A stretch of DNA of 15,833 nucleotides. Source: a virus. Positions 7,237 to 15,772 of the stretch are shown one piece after another. Position numbers and translations under genes: made by a program. The first letter of the stretch is position 1. Each line of letters opens with the position of its first letter. The stretch is taken from the UHGV virus genome UHGV-0249966; one strand, given 5' to 3'. The notes below the pieces were generated by a model that searched no databases, was not told the DNA's origin, and was given only the letters and a program-made list of their open reading frames with translations.

Positions 7237-7764
7237 TTATTGCGGCATTTCCGGCCATTCAGGATTTGCAGGATCCACACGACTGACCAGAACACTATAG
7301 CGTTCCCATGCCTCCAGTCGACTACGCTCCTCATCTGTTGCCATATTCAGCCTGACCGCGCGCTCCAGCGGCAAAATCACGGATTCAGCTTCGGAAAGCA
7401 AAGCTGCCTTATGTAATTCCGCCAGTTGCTGCTGTTCGTCTGCCGTATAAATCCGCTTAATCACGGCACCATCCTTAAACATCCATTTACCAGAGTCATC
7501 AGCACGCCGGTTGGCAGTAATATCAGGAACCTCAACGACGCTAAAACCTTCAGGATTAAGCGTTGAAGCATCTCTGGTGATGGCGACAATAATATTATTT
7601 TCATCGTAAACAATCTTTATTGTGTCTTCCTGAAAATTACTTACTTCTTCATACCAGTTTTTTCCGTCTTCGGACCATAACCAGATAACATCAAAATTCT
7701 TTGTTAGCTGATATTGCTCTTTTGTTTTTGGATTACCTGACTTAATGTTCTTTAAATGCTGCAT
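7237..7764 (-). CDS. G: Tail fiber assembly chaperone gpG
   Basis: 175-aa ORF directly after the tail fiber gene, same length and position as P2 gpG. Confidence 0.88.
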   Translation of the reverse strand: MQHLKNIKSGNPKTKEQYQLTKNFDVIWLWSEDGKNWYEEVSNFQEDTIKIVYDENNIIVAITRDASTLNPEGFSVVEVPDITANRRADDSGKWMFKDGAVIKRIYTADEQQQLAELHKAALLSEAESVILPLERAVRLNMATDEERSRLEAWERYSVLVSRVDPANPEWPEMPQ

Positions 7765-7767
7765 AAT

Positions 7768-9813
7768 TTACACCTGCGCAACGTTATACCATGTGCCATT
7801 GATGTATTTTTGTATTGGTCTGAATACTGCCGGATCATCACCATCGACTTCACCGACAATACCAAGCCCGGTAATTACGTGCCCTGCTTTCTCATACATC
7901 ACGCCTTTCTGCATGGTCTGCACAACACGTGTACCAAGTCTGATATCTCTCACATAGCGGGAATCAAAGTTACCGTAATCCGAGGGATTAACACGCCCCG
8001 TAATATTTATGGTCTTATTACTTTGAATGCTTCCGGAAACAAAGCGCATAACATGGACGTTATTAGCATAAACATCCAGATTACCATCGCCATTTTGTTT
8101 AAATCCGGTGTCGTTATCACCAAGAACAATAGAGTTCCCACCCAACGCGTTATTCGTGCCAAGTGCCAGCCCGCCATCAATCCTGGCACCATTACCAACA
8201 GACACAACTCCTGTTCTTAAGTTGATGCCGAATGGCCTTAATGGCCCAATATCTCCATTTTCACCCTCATTTTCTCGTGTAGGAATGATATACAGGTTTT
8301 CTTCAGAACGGCGAAAAATAGCCCCAAAAGATGAATTAAATATCCTCAGTGCATTGACTGTAGATATTTTTACTTCACTGCTGAAAAGGGCTTTAACAAG
8401 AACATACAGAGCATCCCATTTAAGATTCATCAGGTCTTTTGTTGTGGTGCTCTGGCGACTTCTCCATTTGAAATATTCATTGCCGTTGTCACCTGTTTCA
8501 AACCACATATATGAATCAGTATCGCTGTCGGCATCATTTTTAAATCCAATCTTTGCCCAGTCAGTATTTCGAATCCAGGCAAGGATTGAGTCGTTTTCAA
8601 AAGTAAGCCCACCGGACAAGGTATCGCCATTCTTTTGCACCGCGTTCCTGGCCCTGTTTACCGTTTCCTGCAAACCGAGGTATTCGATAACGGCAGTAAC
8701 GGTCGCTTTAGCCAGAATATCCCGTCCGACTTTTGTCAGGGTTGCCAGGCTGGCAACATCATTCCCCGTAAAATACGGAAACCTGTCTGCCGCAGTAGCA
8801 AGCCCCGCCAGCGCCGTCAAAGTGGCATCTTTCGGTTGCTTACCCGCAAGCGCATTAGTCATGGTGGTAGCAAAATTCGGGTCATTGCCCAGCGCCGCCG
8901 CCAGCTCGTTCAGCGTATTCAGTGCGTCAGGCGACGAGTCTACAAGGGCGGCAATCGCGGCCATAACGAAAGCCGTGTTTGCGATCTGAGTATTATTCGT
9001 TCCCTGTCGCGCAGTTGGCGTCGTTGGCGTTCCGGTCAGTGCAGGGCTGTTTAATGGCGCTTTCTTGTTCGTTTCATCCATTACCGTCTTAACGGCTTTT
9101 GGTGTTGCGGCGAGCGTCTCAGACATGCTGTTGGTCGCACTACTTAGCTGGACAAGACCTTTTCGCGCTGTGGTAGCGTCCTGTGCGGTATATTTCCCGT
9201 TAGCAAGGTCATATGCGGCCTTAACCGCTTTCGGCGTTGCGGCCAGTGTTTCAGACGTGCTGTTGGTCGCATTGCTTAACTGAGTAAAACCTTTTGCGGT
9301 CAGCGAGGCGTCCGGGTGACGTCGTGACTGTTCATGCTCTGCAATTTTGTCATCAACGTAATCCTGCGTCGCCATCACCGTTGTGGTGTCAATGGTCAGC
9401 TCCACTGAGGCCACACTGCTGACGATGATGACCATGCGGCAGGTCTGCGAACGCCCTGAGCCTTCGGCAAGGGTAGGTTTATAACTTTCGGCCATGTTCG
9501 CCACGGCAATTAACGTTCCCGCATCATCGTACAGGCCAAGCTCTCGCATCCAGAAACCGCCCACCTCCGGCGGAATAACCAGCTCTGCGATAATATAATT
9601 ACTGTTTCGTTTGTCCTGGCTGATTTTGTTCAGCGCATGTCGCCAGACTTCGTGGATAAGCCCGGTCTGTCCGGCATCCGGGACAGGCAATTTACCACCG
9701 CCATCCCCGACGGCCATCGTGGTAATGTTGACCTTCCGCCCTCCCGGCGCGGTTGCCGCTGCCAGCTTTGCTGCACCGGCAGTGGTGATAACGGTTTTGA
9801 ATTTTGTGCTCAT
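7768..9813 (-). CDS. H: Tail fiber protein gpH
   Basis: 681-aa ORF after baseplate gene I; conserved N-terminus MSTKFKTVITTAGAAKLAAAT...; internal duplicated motif ...SETLAATPKAVK... typical of phage tail fibers; Gly/Asn-rich C-terminal receptor-binding region. Slightly longer than the ~669 aa I recall for P2 gpH. Confidence 0.92.
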   Translation of the reverse strand: MSTKFKTVITTAGAAKLAAATAPGGRKVNITTMAVGDGGGKLPVPDAGQTGLIHEVWRHALNKISQDKRNSNYIIAELVIPPEVGGFWMRELGLYDDAGTLIAVANMAESYKPTLAEGSGRSQTCRMVIIVSSVASVELTIDTTTVMATQDYVDDKIAEHEQSRRHPDASLTAKGFTQLSNATNSTSETLAATPKAVKAAYDLANGKYTAQDATTARKGLVQLSSATNSMSETLAATPKAVKTVMDETNKKAPLNSPALTGTPTTPTARQGTNNTQIANTAFVMAAIAALVDSSPDALNTLNELAAALGNDPNFATTMTNALAGKQPKDATLTALAGLATAADRFPYFTGNDVASLATLTKVGRDILAKATVTAVIEYLGLQETVNRARNAVQKNGDTLSGGLTFENDSILAWIRNTDWAKIGFKNDADSDTDSYMWFETGDNGNEYFKWRSRQSTTTKDLMNLKWDALYVLVKALFSSEVKISTVNALRIFNSSFGAIFRRSEENLYIIPTRENEGENGDIGPLRPFGINLRTGVVSVGNGARIDGGLALGTNNALGGNSIVLGDNDTGFKQNGDGNLDVYANNVHVMRFVSGSIQSNKTINITGRVNPSDYGNFDSRYVRDIRLGTRVVQTMQKGVMYEKAGHVITGLGIVGEVDGDDPAVFRPIQKYINGTWYNVAQV
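9089..9317. repeat. Imperfect tandem direct repeat (period 132 bp, about 95 nt conserved per copy) inside H, encoding a duplicated 44-aa tail-fiber repeat
   Basis: Copy A from 9089 (cttaacggcttttggtgttgcggcgagcgtctcagacatgctgttggtcgc...) and copy B from 9221 (cttaaccgctttcggcgttgcggccagtgtttcagacgtgctgttggtcgc...). Protein level: QLSNATNSTSETLAATPKAVKAAYD / QLSSATNSMSETLAATPKAVKTVMD. Confidence 0.8.
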
Positions 9814-9823
9814 TATTCCTCAC

Positions 9824-10354
9824 TTATCCGGGGTAAACCGTAATTACATCGCCGTCATAAGCCACACCACCGGCGAACAGGTAGCCGGGAATGTCCCGGG
9901 TAATGTTCAGGCCAATAAGGTGGCGGCTTGCAGGTTTGGCATCAGCAATCAGCCGTTCCATTTCCTGATACATTGCCTCTGTGATACCGCTTTCCAGTAC
10001 ACCAATATCAAGCCGGAAGGTGCCTGGCGGGTCACTGTTTTCCCACCACTCCGTCACGTTAATGAGATAGCCGAGCGGCTCCACCACACGCCGGATTGCG
10101 CCGATAGTGCCTTTATGACAGTGGATGAAATAGGCATCGCGGATAACGGCACGTTTGGTCGCTTCCGGCCACTTTTCATCCCACCTGTCGACCGAAAACG
10201 CCCACGCCAGCCACGGCAGCAGATTTGCCGGGCAGGTGTCCGGGTTCCACAGTTCACGAATCCTGACCGGCGTTTTTTCAATTTCCGCACAGGCTTTTGC
10301 GGCGGCAACTTCAAGCGGTGATGAGCCGGTCGGCAGCAGTCGCGAATCACTCAT
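9824..10354 (-). CDS. I: Baseplate assembly protein gpI
   Basis: 176-aa ORF, same length and position as P2 gpI; its start overlaps the J stop by 8 nt. Confidence 0.9.
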   Translation of the reverse strand: MSDSRLLPTGSSPLEVAAAKACAEIEKTPVRIRELWNPDTCPANLLPWLAWAFSVDRWDEKWPEATKRAVIRDAYFIHCHKGTIGAIRRVVEPLGYLINVTEWWENSDPPGTFRLDIGVLESGITEAMYQEMERLIADAKPASRHLIGLNITRDIPGYLFAGGVAYDGDVITVYPG

Positions 10355-11255
10355 CCGAGCCTCCGGTCACGACGCGGTATTCAGTACAGAAAGACGCCTG
10401 CGTACTGTTGAGCACAATGTCGGCCAGTGGTGCGGCCAGCTCGACACGCTGCACGCCTTCCACATGCAAAGCGGCATAAATGGCAGACAGACGGATGTCG
10501 CGCCCCAGCCGGTGCTGTGCCGTGATATACGCTTCCAGCTTTTTCACAGCGGCAGCGCGAATGGGTTCGCTTTCGGGACCAGGGTAAAGGTAAAGCGTGG
10601 CGTTTATCTGATATTCAACGATGGCGGCAGACTGCACGGTCACGCGGTCGGCCACCGGCCTGACGTCCTCACCATTAAGGGCGTTACGCACCACAGCCAG
10701 CAGGTCTTCGGATGCGACGCCGTTATTTTCACGTGACAGCACAGAGATGGTGACACAGGCAGGAGACGGACTGGTGACAGAAATATCGGCGACACGCCCG
10801 TCAGCACTGCGACCATGATACTGATAGGCTCCCACTGACCCGGCGACGCTTAAGCCCTCAAAAGCCTGCTGAATACGCAGACGATAATCGGTGTCAGATT
10901 CCATCACTGCCGGTGTCGGCGGAATGGTCGAATCATCTGCCGGGGTGATAATCAGGCGCGTGGTGTTGTAATTGGCACCAATTACATCAAGGTCATTACC
11001 GGCAGCACAGGCCAGCATCACCGCCCGTGCGGCCTCATTCACACGCTGACGCCAGATAAGCTCACGATAAGCATTTTCCTCCAGCAGTTTGACGAGAGGC
11101 TCAGATTCCAGCGTCAGGGTACGGGCGACCGCCTCCTGCTGGTCTTCCGGGTAAAGGGAAATCAGTGTCGCCTTGCGTTCAGCGAGAATGGTTTCAAAGT
11201 CCAGCTCCTCGACCACATCCGGTGCGGGTAGCTGGTTCAGGTCGATAATCGGCAT
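10347..11255 (-). CDS. J: Baseplate assembly protein gpJ (baseplate wedge)
   Basis: 302-aa ORF, same length and position as P2 gpJ. Confidence 0.9.
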   Translation of the reverse strand: MPIIDLNQLPAPDVVEELDFETILAERKATLISLYPEDQQEAVARTLTLESEPLVKLLEENAYRELIWRQRVNEAARAVMLACAAGNDLDVIGANYNTTRLIITPADDSTIPPTPAVMESDTDYRLRIQQAFEGLSVAGSVGAYQYHGRSADGRVADISVTSPSPACVTISVLSRENNGVASEDLLAVVRNALNGEDVRPVADRVTVQSAAIVEYQINATLYLYPGPESEPIRAAAVKKLEAYITAQHRLGRDIRLSAIYAALHVEGVQRVELAAPLADIVLNSTQASFCTEYRVVTGGSDE

Positions 11256-11259
11256 GGTT

Positions 11260-11607
11260 TCAACTCACAGGGATGGTTAACGAAAGTGGCTGGCCGGTGT
11301 CGTTGTGCTGGCCGGTTAACGTGACCGTCATTCGCCCGTCAAAACTGCGCGCCGTAGTGACGGATGACAGGGTGACGCGGGGTTCCCATTTCAGCACCGC
11401 CATGTAACAGGCGACCTTAATCTGCAACTCAAGCGCCGGGGTCTGCGGCTGGTCAATCATTGATGCCAGCAACGAGCCGTAATCACGACGCATCACCCGT
11501 GAGCCGACCGGTGTGCGCAGGATATCGCCGATACTCTGGCTGATATGCTCAAGGTCAGTGACAGTCAGGCCATCACTGCGATTCATTCCGAGATAACGCG
11601 CTGTCAT
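11260..11607 (-). CDS. W: Baseplate assembly protein gpW
   Basis: 115-aa ORF, same length and position as P2 gpW; overlaps the V stop. Confidence 0.9.
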   Translation of the reverse strand: MTARYLGMNRSDGLTVTDLEHISQSIGDILRTPVGSRVMRRDYGSLLASMIDQPQTPALELQIKVACYMAVLKWEPRVTLSSVTTARSFDGRMTVTLTGQHNDTGQPLSLTIPVS

Positions 11608-12239
11608 AAAGGACTCCCGGTTGTGCCGCCGCTGTCGCCGGGGTGTTTATGGGTATGCAGTACCTTACCGTTTGATGAGAGTTCACCGCCGGTGTGTTCA
11701 ATGTTGCCGCGCATCGTCCCGCCCTTCTGCACTTCCAGCGTGCCGGTAGTCAGTTTGTTGGTGCAGACCACTTCCGGTGTGTCCAGGGTGATGCGGGTTG
11801 ATGCTTTCACCATAACCACCGGCACCGTGGCAGTAACAGAATCAGAAGCCATCACGCTGGCCGTTTTAACTCCGCTTACCGTGAGCGCACTGGTTTCAGG
11901 TTCATACTCAATCACCGCCCCGTCAGGGAAACGGATATGCAGGGCATCCGCCGACGCAGACGGCGCGGGGTTATCGCCGGAATAAATCCCCGGCAGAACG
12001 AACGCCGTGTCGAGTTCACCGCCCACGGCCAGAATCAGCACCTGTTCCCCCACGGAAGGTGCCCACCATGTGCGCGAACGTCCGGCGCGATGGGTCAGCC
12101 ACTGAAGCCAGTCGGTGCACATGCCGCCGGTCTGCACACGGCAGCGACCGGCGTTAAGGTCGGTTTCGACGACAAGGCCGGTGCGAATCATGTTGCGCAG
12201 TGCGCGCGCGAGTTCCTGAATATTTGCGAGAGTGTTCAT
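11604..12239 (-). CDS. V: Baseplate central spike/hub protein gpV
   Basis: 211-aa ORF (MNTLANIQELARALRNMIRTG...HTHKHPGDSGGTTGSPL), same length as P2 gpV with recognisable N- and C-termini. Confidence 0.92.
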   Translation of the reverse strand: MNTLANIQELARALRNMIRTGLVVETDLNAGRCRVQTGGMCTDWLQWLTHRAGRSRTWWAPSVGEQVLILAVGGELDTAFVLPGIYSGDNPAPSASADALHIRFPDGAVIEYEPETSALTVSGVKTASVMASDSVTATVPVVMVKASTRITLDTPEVVCTNKLTTGTLEVQKGGTMRGNIEHTGGELSSNGKVLHTHKHPGDSGGTTGSPL

Positions 12240-12251
12240 AACGGGAAGGAT

Positions 12252-12273
12252 GCCGCCGGGTCATACCGGCGGC
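12252..12273 (-). promoter_or_regulatory. GC-rich hairpin in the 66-bp S-V intergenic region
   Basis: Perfect 8-bp inverted repeat GCCGCCGG-(6 nt)-CCGGCGGC at 12252-12273, 12 nt upstream of the V start codon. No U-tract follows on either strand and no clear SD precedes V. Confidence 0.4.
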
Positions 12274-12305
12274 AATGTAACGATGAGGTGTCGGGAATGG
12301 CACAA

Positions 12306-12758
12306 CTAACGGTCGAGGTGAGCCAGGATAATCTCTTCAATCATCTGCACATCCTCACCGGTAAAGCCGAGCAGAGGACGTGCCGGATAATCAATTTTCT
12401 TACCGTCTTTCCGGTTTTCTTCCGACAGACCAAACTGATGCACACTGGCGATTTTCGGTGACTTCCCGCCGTAAAACTCCATTGATGCCTGTTCAGGGCT
12501 GGCGCGGATATGCAAAAAACGACTGGTGATAAGTTTCGCAAACATTTTTCGCTTAACACGACCGGTCTTTTTTCTGGCGCTCTGCTGCTGGCGTGGCGCG
12601 TAGGGTGTGCCGTCCGGGGCTTTCTGTGCCATCACCCGACGCTGCTGACTCTGCCGCAGACGTTTCGCCAGTTCGGCACTCAGTCGCCGACGCCCTGACG
12701 GTGACAGCGACTCAATCAGTCCGGTCAGCCGGTCTTCAAAACGCTTAAACTCATTCAT
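12306..12758 (-). CDS. S: Tail completion protein gpS
   Basis: 150-aa ORF, same length and position as P2 gpS; overlaps the R stop by 8 nt. Confidence 0.9.
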   Translation of the reverse strand: MNEFKRFEDRLTGLIESLSPSGRRRLSAELAKRLRQSQQRRVMAQKAPDGTPYAPRQQQSARKKTGRVKRKMFAKLITSRFLHIRASPEQASMEFYGGKSPKIASVHQFGLSEENRKDGKKIDYPARPLLGFTGEDVQMIEEIILAHLDR

Positions 12759-13218
12759 CCCACTTGCTCACCAGTTCGCCATTGATATAAAGCTCCATCG
12801 GGCGGGTGACCGGCTCCGGCGGCGTGGGTTCCGGGATATTCTTCACATGCAGCGCGCCGTCCACCTCACTGACCAGCGTGCGCTCGGTCAGCATCAGGCT
12901 GATGCTGATATCAAAGCTGCTGTCATTGTTGATGTCTGCATAAAACGTGAAGCCCTTTTTCTGGCCTTCGTCAGTGGTCATGATGTCGGGCTGATTTTCC
13001 CGCAGCCACGCCAGCACCGGCACGATGAGCAGGTCAAAATCACCGGTAAAGTCGGTCACAATCACATTGAGCGTGTAACGCTTTTCGAATGACAGCGACG
13101 TCGCCAGTGTGGAGGCAATACTCCCGTTATCCACGAATATCCGCAGCATATCGGGGTTAGTTTTCAGCACCGTGACGGCATCAGTCAGCGCCCTGCGCAG
13201 GCTGTCGGGTTTGAGCAT
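12751..13218 (-). CDS. R: Tail completion protein gpR
   Basis: 155-aa ORF, same length and position as P2 gpR. Confidence 0.9.
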   Translation of the reverse strand: MLKPDSLRRALTDAVTVLKTNPDMLRIFVDNGSIASTLATSLSFEKRYTLNVIVTDFTGDFDLLIVPVLAWLRENQPDIMTTDEGQKKGFTFYADINNDSSFDISISLMLTERTLVSEVDGALHVKNIPEPTPPEPVTRPMELYINGELVSKWDE

Positions 13219-13471
13219 CGTTTTCGTCCTGACAGTGTTTAATCATTTTTACCTGGCTGGCACAGCGCGCCAGCGCGTTCTCAAGCTGCCGGATATCGGC
13301 ACTTAAATCACCGTTCGTCTCCGGGTCACTGCCCGGCATCGGGCAAAGGCTCACTTTCGGGCAGGCGTTGTGGACAATCACTGGCGTCGGTGCAGGCCGG
13401 GCGCTGGTGCAACCGGCGCACAGCATCAGGCAGGTCAGCACCGTACCAGCGGCGAAAATCTTCGTTTTCAT
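13181..13471 (-). CDS. lysC: Outer-membrane lipoprotein spanin LysC (Rz1-like), embedded out of frame in lysB and overlapping R
   Basis: Internal ATG at 13471 preceded by GAGG; product MKTKIFAAGTVLTCLMLCAGCTSARPAPTPV... has a signal peptide with a Cys-containing lipobox-like segment and a Pro-rich mature region, as expected for an o-spanin nested in an i-spanin gene. Confidence 0.7.
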   Translation of the reverse strand: MKTKIFAAGTVLTCLMLCAGCTSARPAPTPVIVHNACPKVSLCPMPGSDPETNGDLSADIRQLENALARCASQVKMIKHCQDENDAQTRQPAQGAD

Positions 13472-13751
13472 TGAGTAACCTCGTGATGGTTTTCTCGCGC
13501 TGTGCTTCACGCTTCGCGGCGTTCTCCAGTTCCTGACGCAGTGCCACCTGCGCCAGCTCGTTTTTGTCTGCCCTGGTGAGCGCAACATGAAGCTGATTTT
13601 TCAGCATGGTGATGGTCGTCTGCTGCCCGCTGGCGACGCTGTTCGCCCTGTCCAGTGAGGTGCGCAGGCTGGCGTTTTCATGCTTCGCCAGAAACAGCCC
13701 CGCCACCGCCAGTGATAACAACACAACCAGCACAATCATCAGCTTTGACAT
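13326..13751 (-). CDS. lysB: Inner-membrane spanin LysB (Rz-like)
   Basis: 141-aa ORF with N-terminal transmembrane segment (MSKLMIVLVVLLSLAVAGLFLA) followed by coiled-coil-like charged sequence; same length and position as P2 LysB. Confidence 0.88.
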   Translation of the reverse strand: MSKLMIVLVVLLSLAVAGLFLAKHENASLRTSLDRANSVASGQQTTITMLKNQLHVALTRADKNELAQVALRQELENAAKREAQREKTITRLLNENEDFRRWYGADLPDAVRRLHQRPACTDASDCPQRLPESEPLPDAGQ

Positions 13752-14164
13752 GGTTCCCGCCCCTCAAAACGCTGACGACAGGCCGTACGTATCAGCCGGA
13801 AGAACACCGACACCACGAGGTAAATCAGCGCGGTAAAAATCCACCCGGCAGCGACCAGCGAGATAAACGTCGCCACCATCACCACCAGAGCCGCCGCCCG
13901 TCTGCGCCACGGCACCGGCTGCAAAAACAGCGACGTGACAATCTTCACGGCCAGCGATTCCGGCGGCAGCTCCCGCCCGTAGCGTTCCAGCACATACTCA
14001 GTGGCATACACGCCGACACCACCGGCAACCACACAGATAACCGTCGCCAGAATCGCCCAGGCAGCGACAAAATTGACGGCCACGCTCTGCGGGTAAATCA
14101 GGGACAGTGCCAGCATCAGCGCCAGCGACACGTTCAGCATCAGTGAAAGGGATAAATTCTTCAT
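13739..14164 (-). CDS. lysA: Lysis timing/accessory membrane protein LysA
   Basis: 141-aa ORF with multiple predicted transmembrane segments, located between K and lysB as in P2. Confidence 0.85.
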   Translation of the reverse strand: MKNLSLSLMLNVSLALMLALSLIYPQSVAVNFVAAWAILATVICVVAGGVGVYATEYVLERYGRELPPESLAVKIVTSLFLQPVPWRRRAAALVVMVATFISLVAAGWIFTALIYLVVSVFFRLIRTACRQRFEGREPCQS

Positions 14165-14178
14165 GGTGTTTACTCCGT

Positions 14179-14676
14179 TTAAGCCGGTACGCCGCCAGCG
14201 GTACGCCAGACGGTGACCAGTTTTTCCAGTGAATGCTCACGCTGACCGTAACCGGCACCCGGCAGGGACGCCCAGATATTGCGACAGCGTGAAATGGCGC
14301 GCTCAATGCGTCCCGCCCGGATGTCATCCAGTGCACCGCGTTCGCGGATCAACTGAATGGCGAGTCTGTCCTGTGACAACGGACTGAAATCAGGCAGGGC
14401 AAGCTGTTTACGGTAGTGCGGCCAGAACAGGTAAAGCTGCTGATAGCGACCGGAGGCCGTGGATTTTTCACCGCGACGGTTAAACACCTTCGCTGGTCGG
14501 CCATGTGCGAACGGGTGGTCACTGTAGTCGGTGAAAATTTCCGGCTTTCCGTCCAGTCCGGTGACTATCACGTCATAGCCCCGGTTTTTCGTCAGCGGAT
14601 GATTCGCCGTCCCTTCGGACACGGCCAGCATGTCGAGAAAGGCGGCGATATTCTGATGCGTGTTAATTACCGGCAT
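14179..14676 (-). CDS. K: Endolysin gpK (phage lysozyme)
   Basis: 165-aa ORF (MPVINTHQNIAAFLDMLAVSEGT...), same length and position as P2 gpK; the AFLDMLA-SEGT motif is typical of lambda-R/P2-K type lysozymes. Confidence 0.9.
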   Translation of the reverse strand: MPVINTHQNIAAFLDMLAVSEGTANHPLTKNRGYDVIVTGLDGKPEIFTDYSDHPFAHGRPAKVFNRRGEKSTASGRYQQLYLFWPHYRKQLALPDFSPLSQDRLAIQLIRERGALDDIRAGRIERAISRCRNIWASLPGAGYGQREHSLEKLVTVWRTAGGVPA

Positions 14677-14957
14677 TACGGTTTCCCCCTGCCCTTAAAA
14701 CGGCGCTGAATGGCAATCTCAATCACCTGATAGCCGGCGATACCCAGCATGGAGCCGATGCCGCACACCGCAGGCAGTGACAGGTCAGGAAACTGCACCA
14801 GAACAACACCGGCAACCATCGAGACAAAACCACCGAGCAACATGCGCCCGATAAACAGACGCGGGGTGATGGGTTCACCACCGGCAAGCACCTTGCCGAC
14901 AACAATCAGCACCCCGATCATGAAAAGCGACAGGACGCTTTTTTCTTCTGCTGTCAT
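14676..14957 (-). CDS. Y: Holin gpY
   Basis: 93-aa ORF with hydrophobic transmembrane segments and a charged C-terminus (RRFKGRGKP); same length and position as P2 gpY. Confidence 0.88.
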   Translation of the reverse strand: MTAEEKSVLSLFMIGVLIVVGKVLAGGEPITPRLFIGRMLLGGFVSMVAGVVLVQFPDLSLPAVCGIGSMLGIAGYQVIEIAIQRRFKGRGKP

Positions 14958-14960
14958 GCG

Positions 14961-15164
14961 TTACTCCCACAGATTGACAGTTTCAGCCACGGGCGCGGTC
15001 TGAACGTCGGGCAGTTCGACGGCGGTGCCGTGCGGCAGCACCGCACCCAGTTCAGCCAGTCCCGGATTTGCGGCGAGCACGGCCTCGACCACGCCCTCAG
15101 TGCGCCCGTAATACCGGACACAAATGGCGTCGAGCGTGTCGCCCTGTAGCGCAAAGGCCTTCAT
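14961..15164 (-). CDS. X: Tail protein gpX (LysM-like)
   Basis: 67-aa product MKAFALQGDTLDAICVRYYGRTEGVVEAVLAANPGLAELGAVLPHGTAVELPDVQ... starting at the ATG at 15164, which overlaps the L stop (ATGA); size as P2 gpX. The 90-aa ORF in the track is an N-terminal over-extension. Confidence 0.85.
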   Translation of the reverse strand: MKAFALQGDTLDAICVRYYGRTEGVVEAVLAANPGLAELGAVLPHGTAVELPDVQTAPVAETVNLWE

Positions 15165-15673
15165 CAGATTTGACTCACAATGCAGCGCGGCTTGTCCTGG
15201 ATTCGCGCCACTGCCCAGCGCATATCCCGCCACAGCTCATCAATGGTGCTGTCAATGCTGTCGGCCTTCTTGTCGCCTTTGGCACTGGCATCCACGCCGC
15301 GATAACGCTCATAAAGCGATGCGGTCGCCATCGCACACACGGCGCGCTCGTAGTAAAAAACTTTGATGCTTTCACCGTCGATGTCGTCCGCCGGGACTTC
15401 CGCCAGACGCGTAAAACCGGCGGCAATTTTCTGTTCGCGGTACTCGTACAGCTCCGCATTCGTCTCCGCCATGCCTGACTTGATGGCCTCACGCAGACGG
15501 GCGGGGGCGACGGTCTGCTCAAGGCGCATACGTTCCCGGACGCGCTTCGGGTCGATATCGGGAAAAAAGAACGTGTTTTTAATCACCGGCTCGTCGCCTG
15601 CCGGTTGCGGGATAACCACCGTACCCTCACCGGACACGGGAGCCTCCTTTCGCGGAATAATCAGCGTCATCAT
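15164..15673 (-). CDS. L: Head completion/stabilization protein gpL
   Basis: 169-aa product starting MMTLIIPRKEAPVSGEGTVVIP... at the ATG at 15673 with GAGG RBS upstream; the 189-aa track ORF is over-extended. Length and position as P2 gpL. Confidence 0.85.
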   Translation of the reverse strand: MMTLIIPRKEAPVSGEGTVVIPQPAGDEPVIKNTFFFPDIDPKRVRERMRLEQTVAPARLREAIKSGMAETNAELYEYREQKIAAGFTRLAEVPADDIDGESIKVFYYERAVCAMATASLYERYRGVDASAKGDKKADSIDSTIDELWRDMRWAVARIQDKPRCIVSQI

Positions 15674-15772
15674 GACTACCTCTGAAAAGTCGGGCGGTGG
15701 ACGCCGGTGCAGTGTCAGGTGATTCACCCTCACTGACCGGCGTGCCGCCCTGGCGCGAGGCGCATTCGGTTG

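Noticed and set aside
8108-8989. 293-aa plus-strand ORF (and 8635-9054, 9065-9283)
   Set aside because: Antisense to the tail fiber gene H; Ser/Pro/Arg-rich translations with no independent support. The 9065-9283 ORF was useful only for locating the tandem repeat in H.
9611-10321. 236-aa plus-strand ORF (and 10155-10736, 10054-10350 minus-strand alternate frame)
   Set aside because: They overlap baseplate genes I and J, which are far better supported; composition is consistent with off-frame or antisense translation of GC-rich coding sequence.
13655-14146. 163-aa plus-strand ORF rich in His, Arg and Gln
   Set aside because: Antisense to lysA/lysB; the homopolymeric, basic translation is characteristic of noise.
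14961-15233. 90-aa form of the X ORF and 189-aa form of the L ORF as listed in the track
   Set aside because: Both are N-terminal over-extensions. The internal ATGs at 15164 (X, 67 aa) and 15673 (L, 169 aa) have proper RBS or ATGA coupling and give the sizes expected for P2 gpX and gpL.
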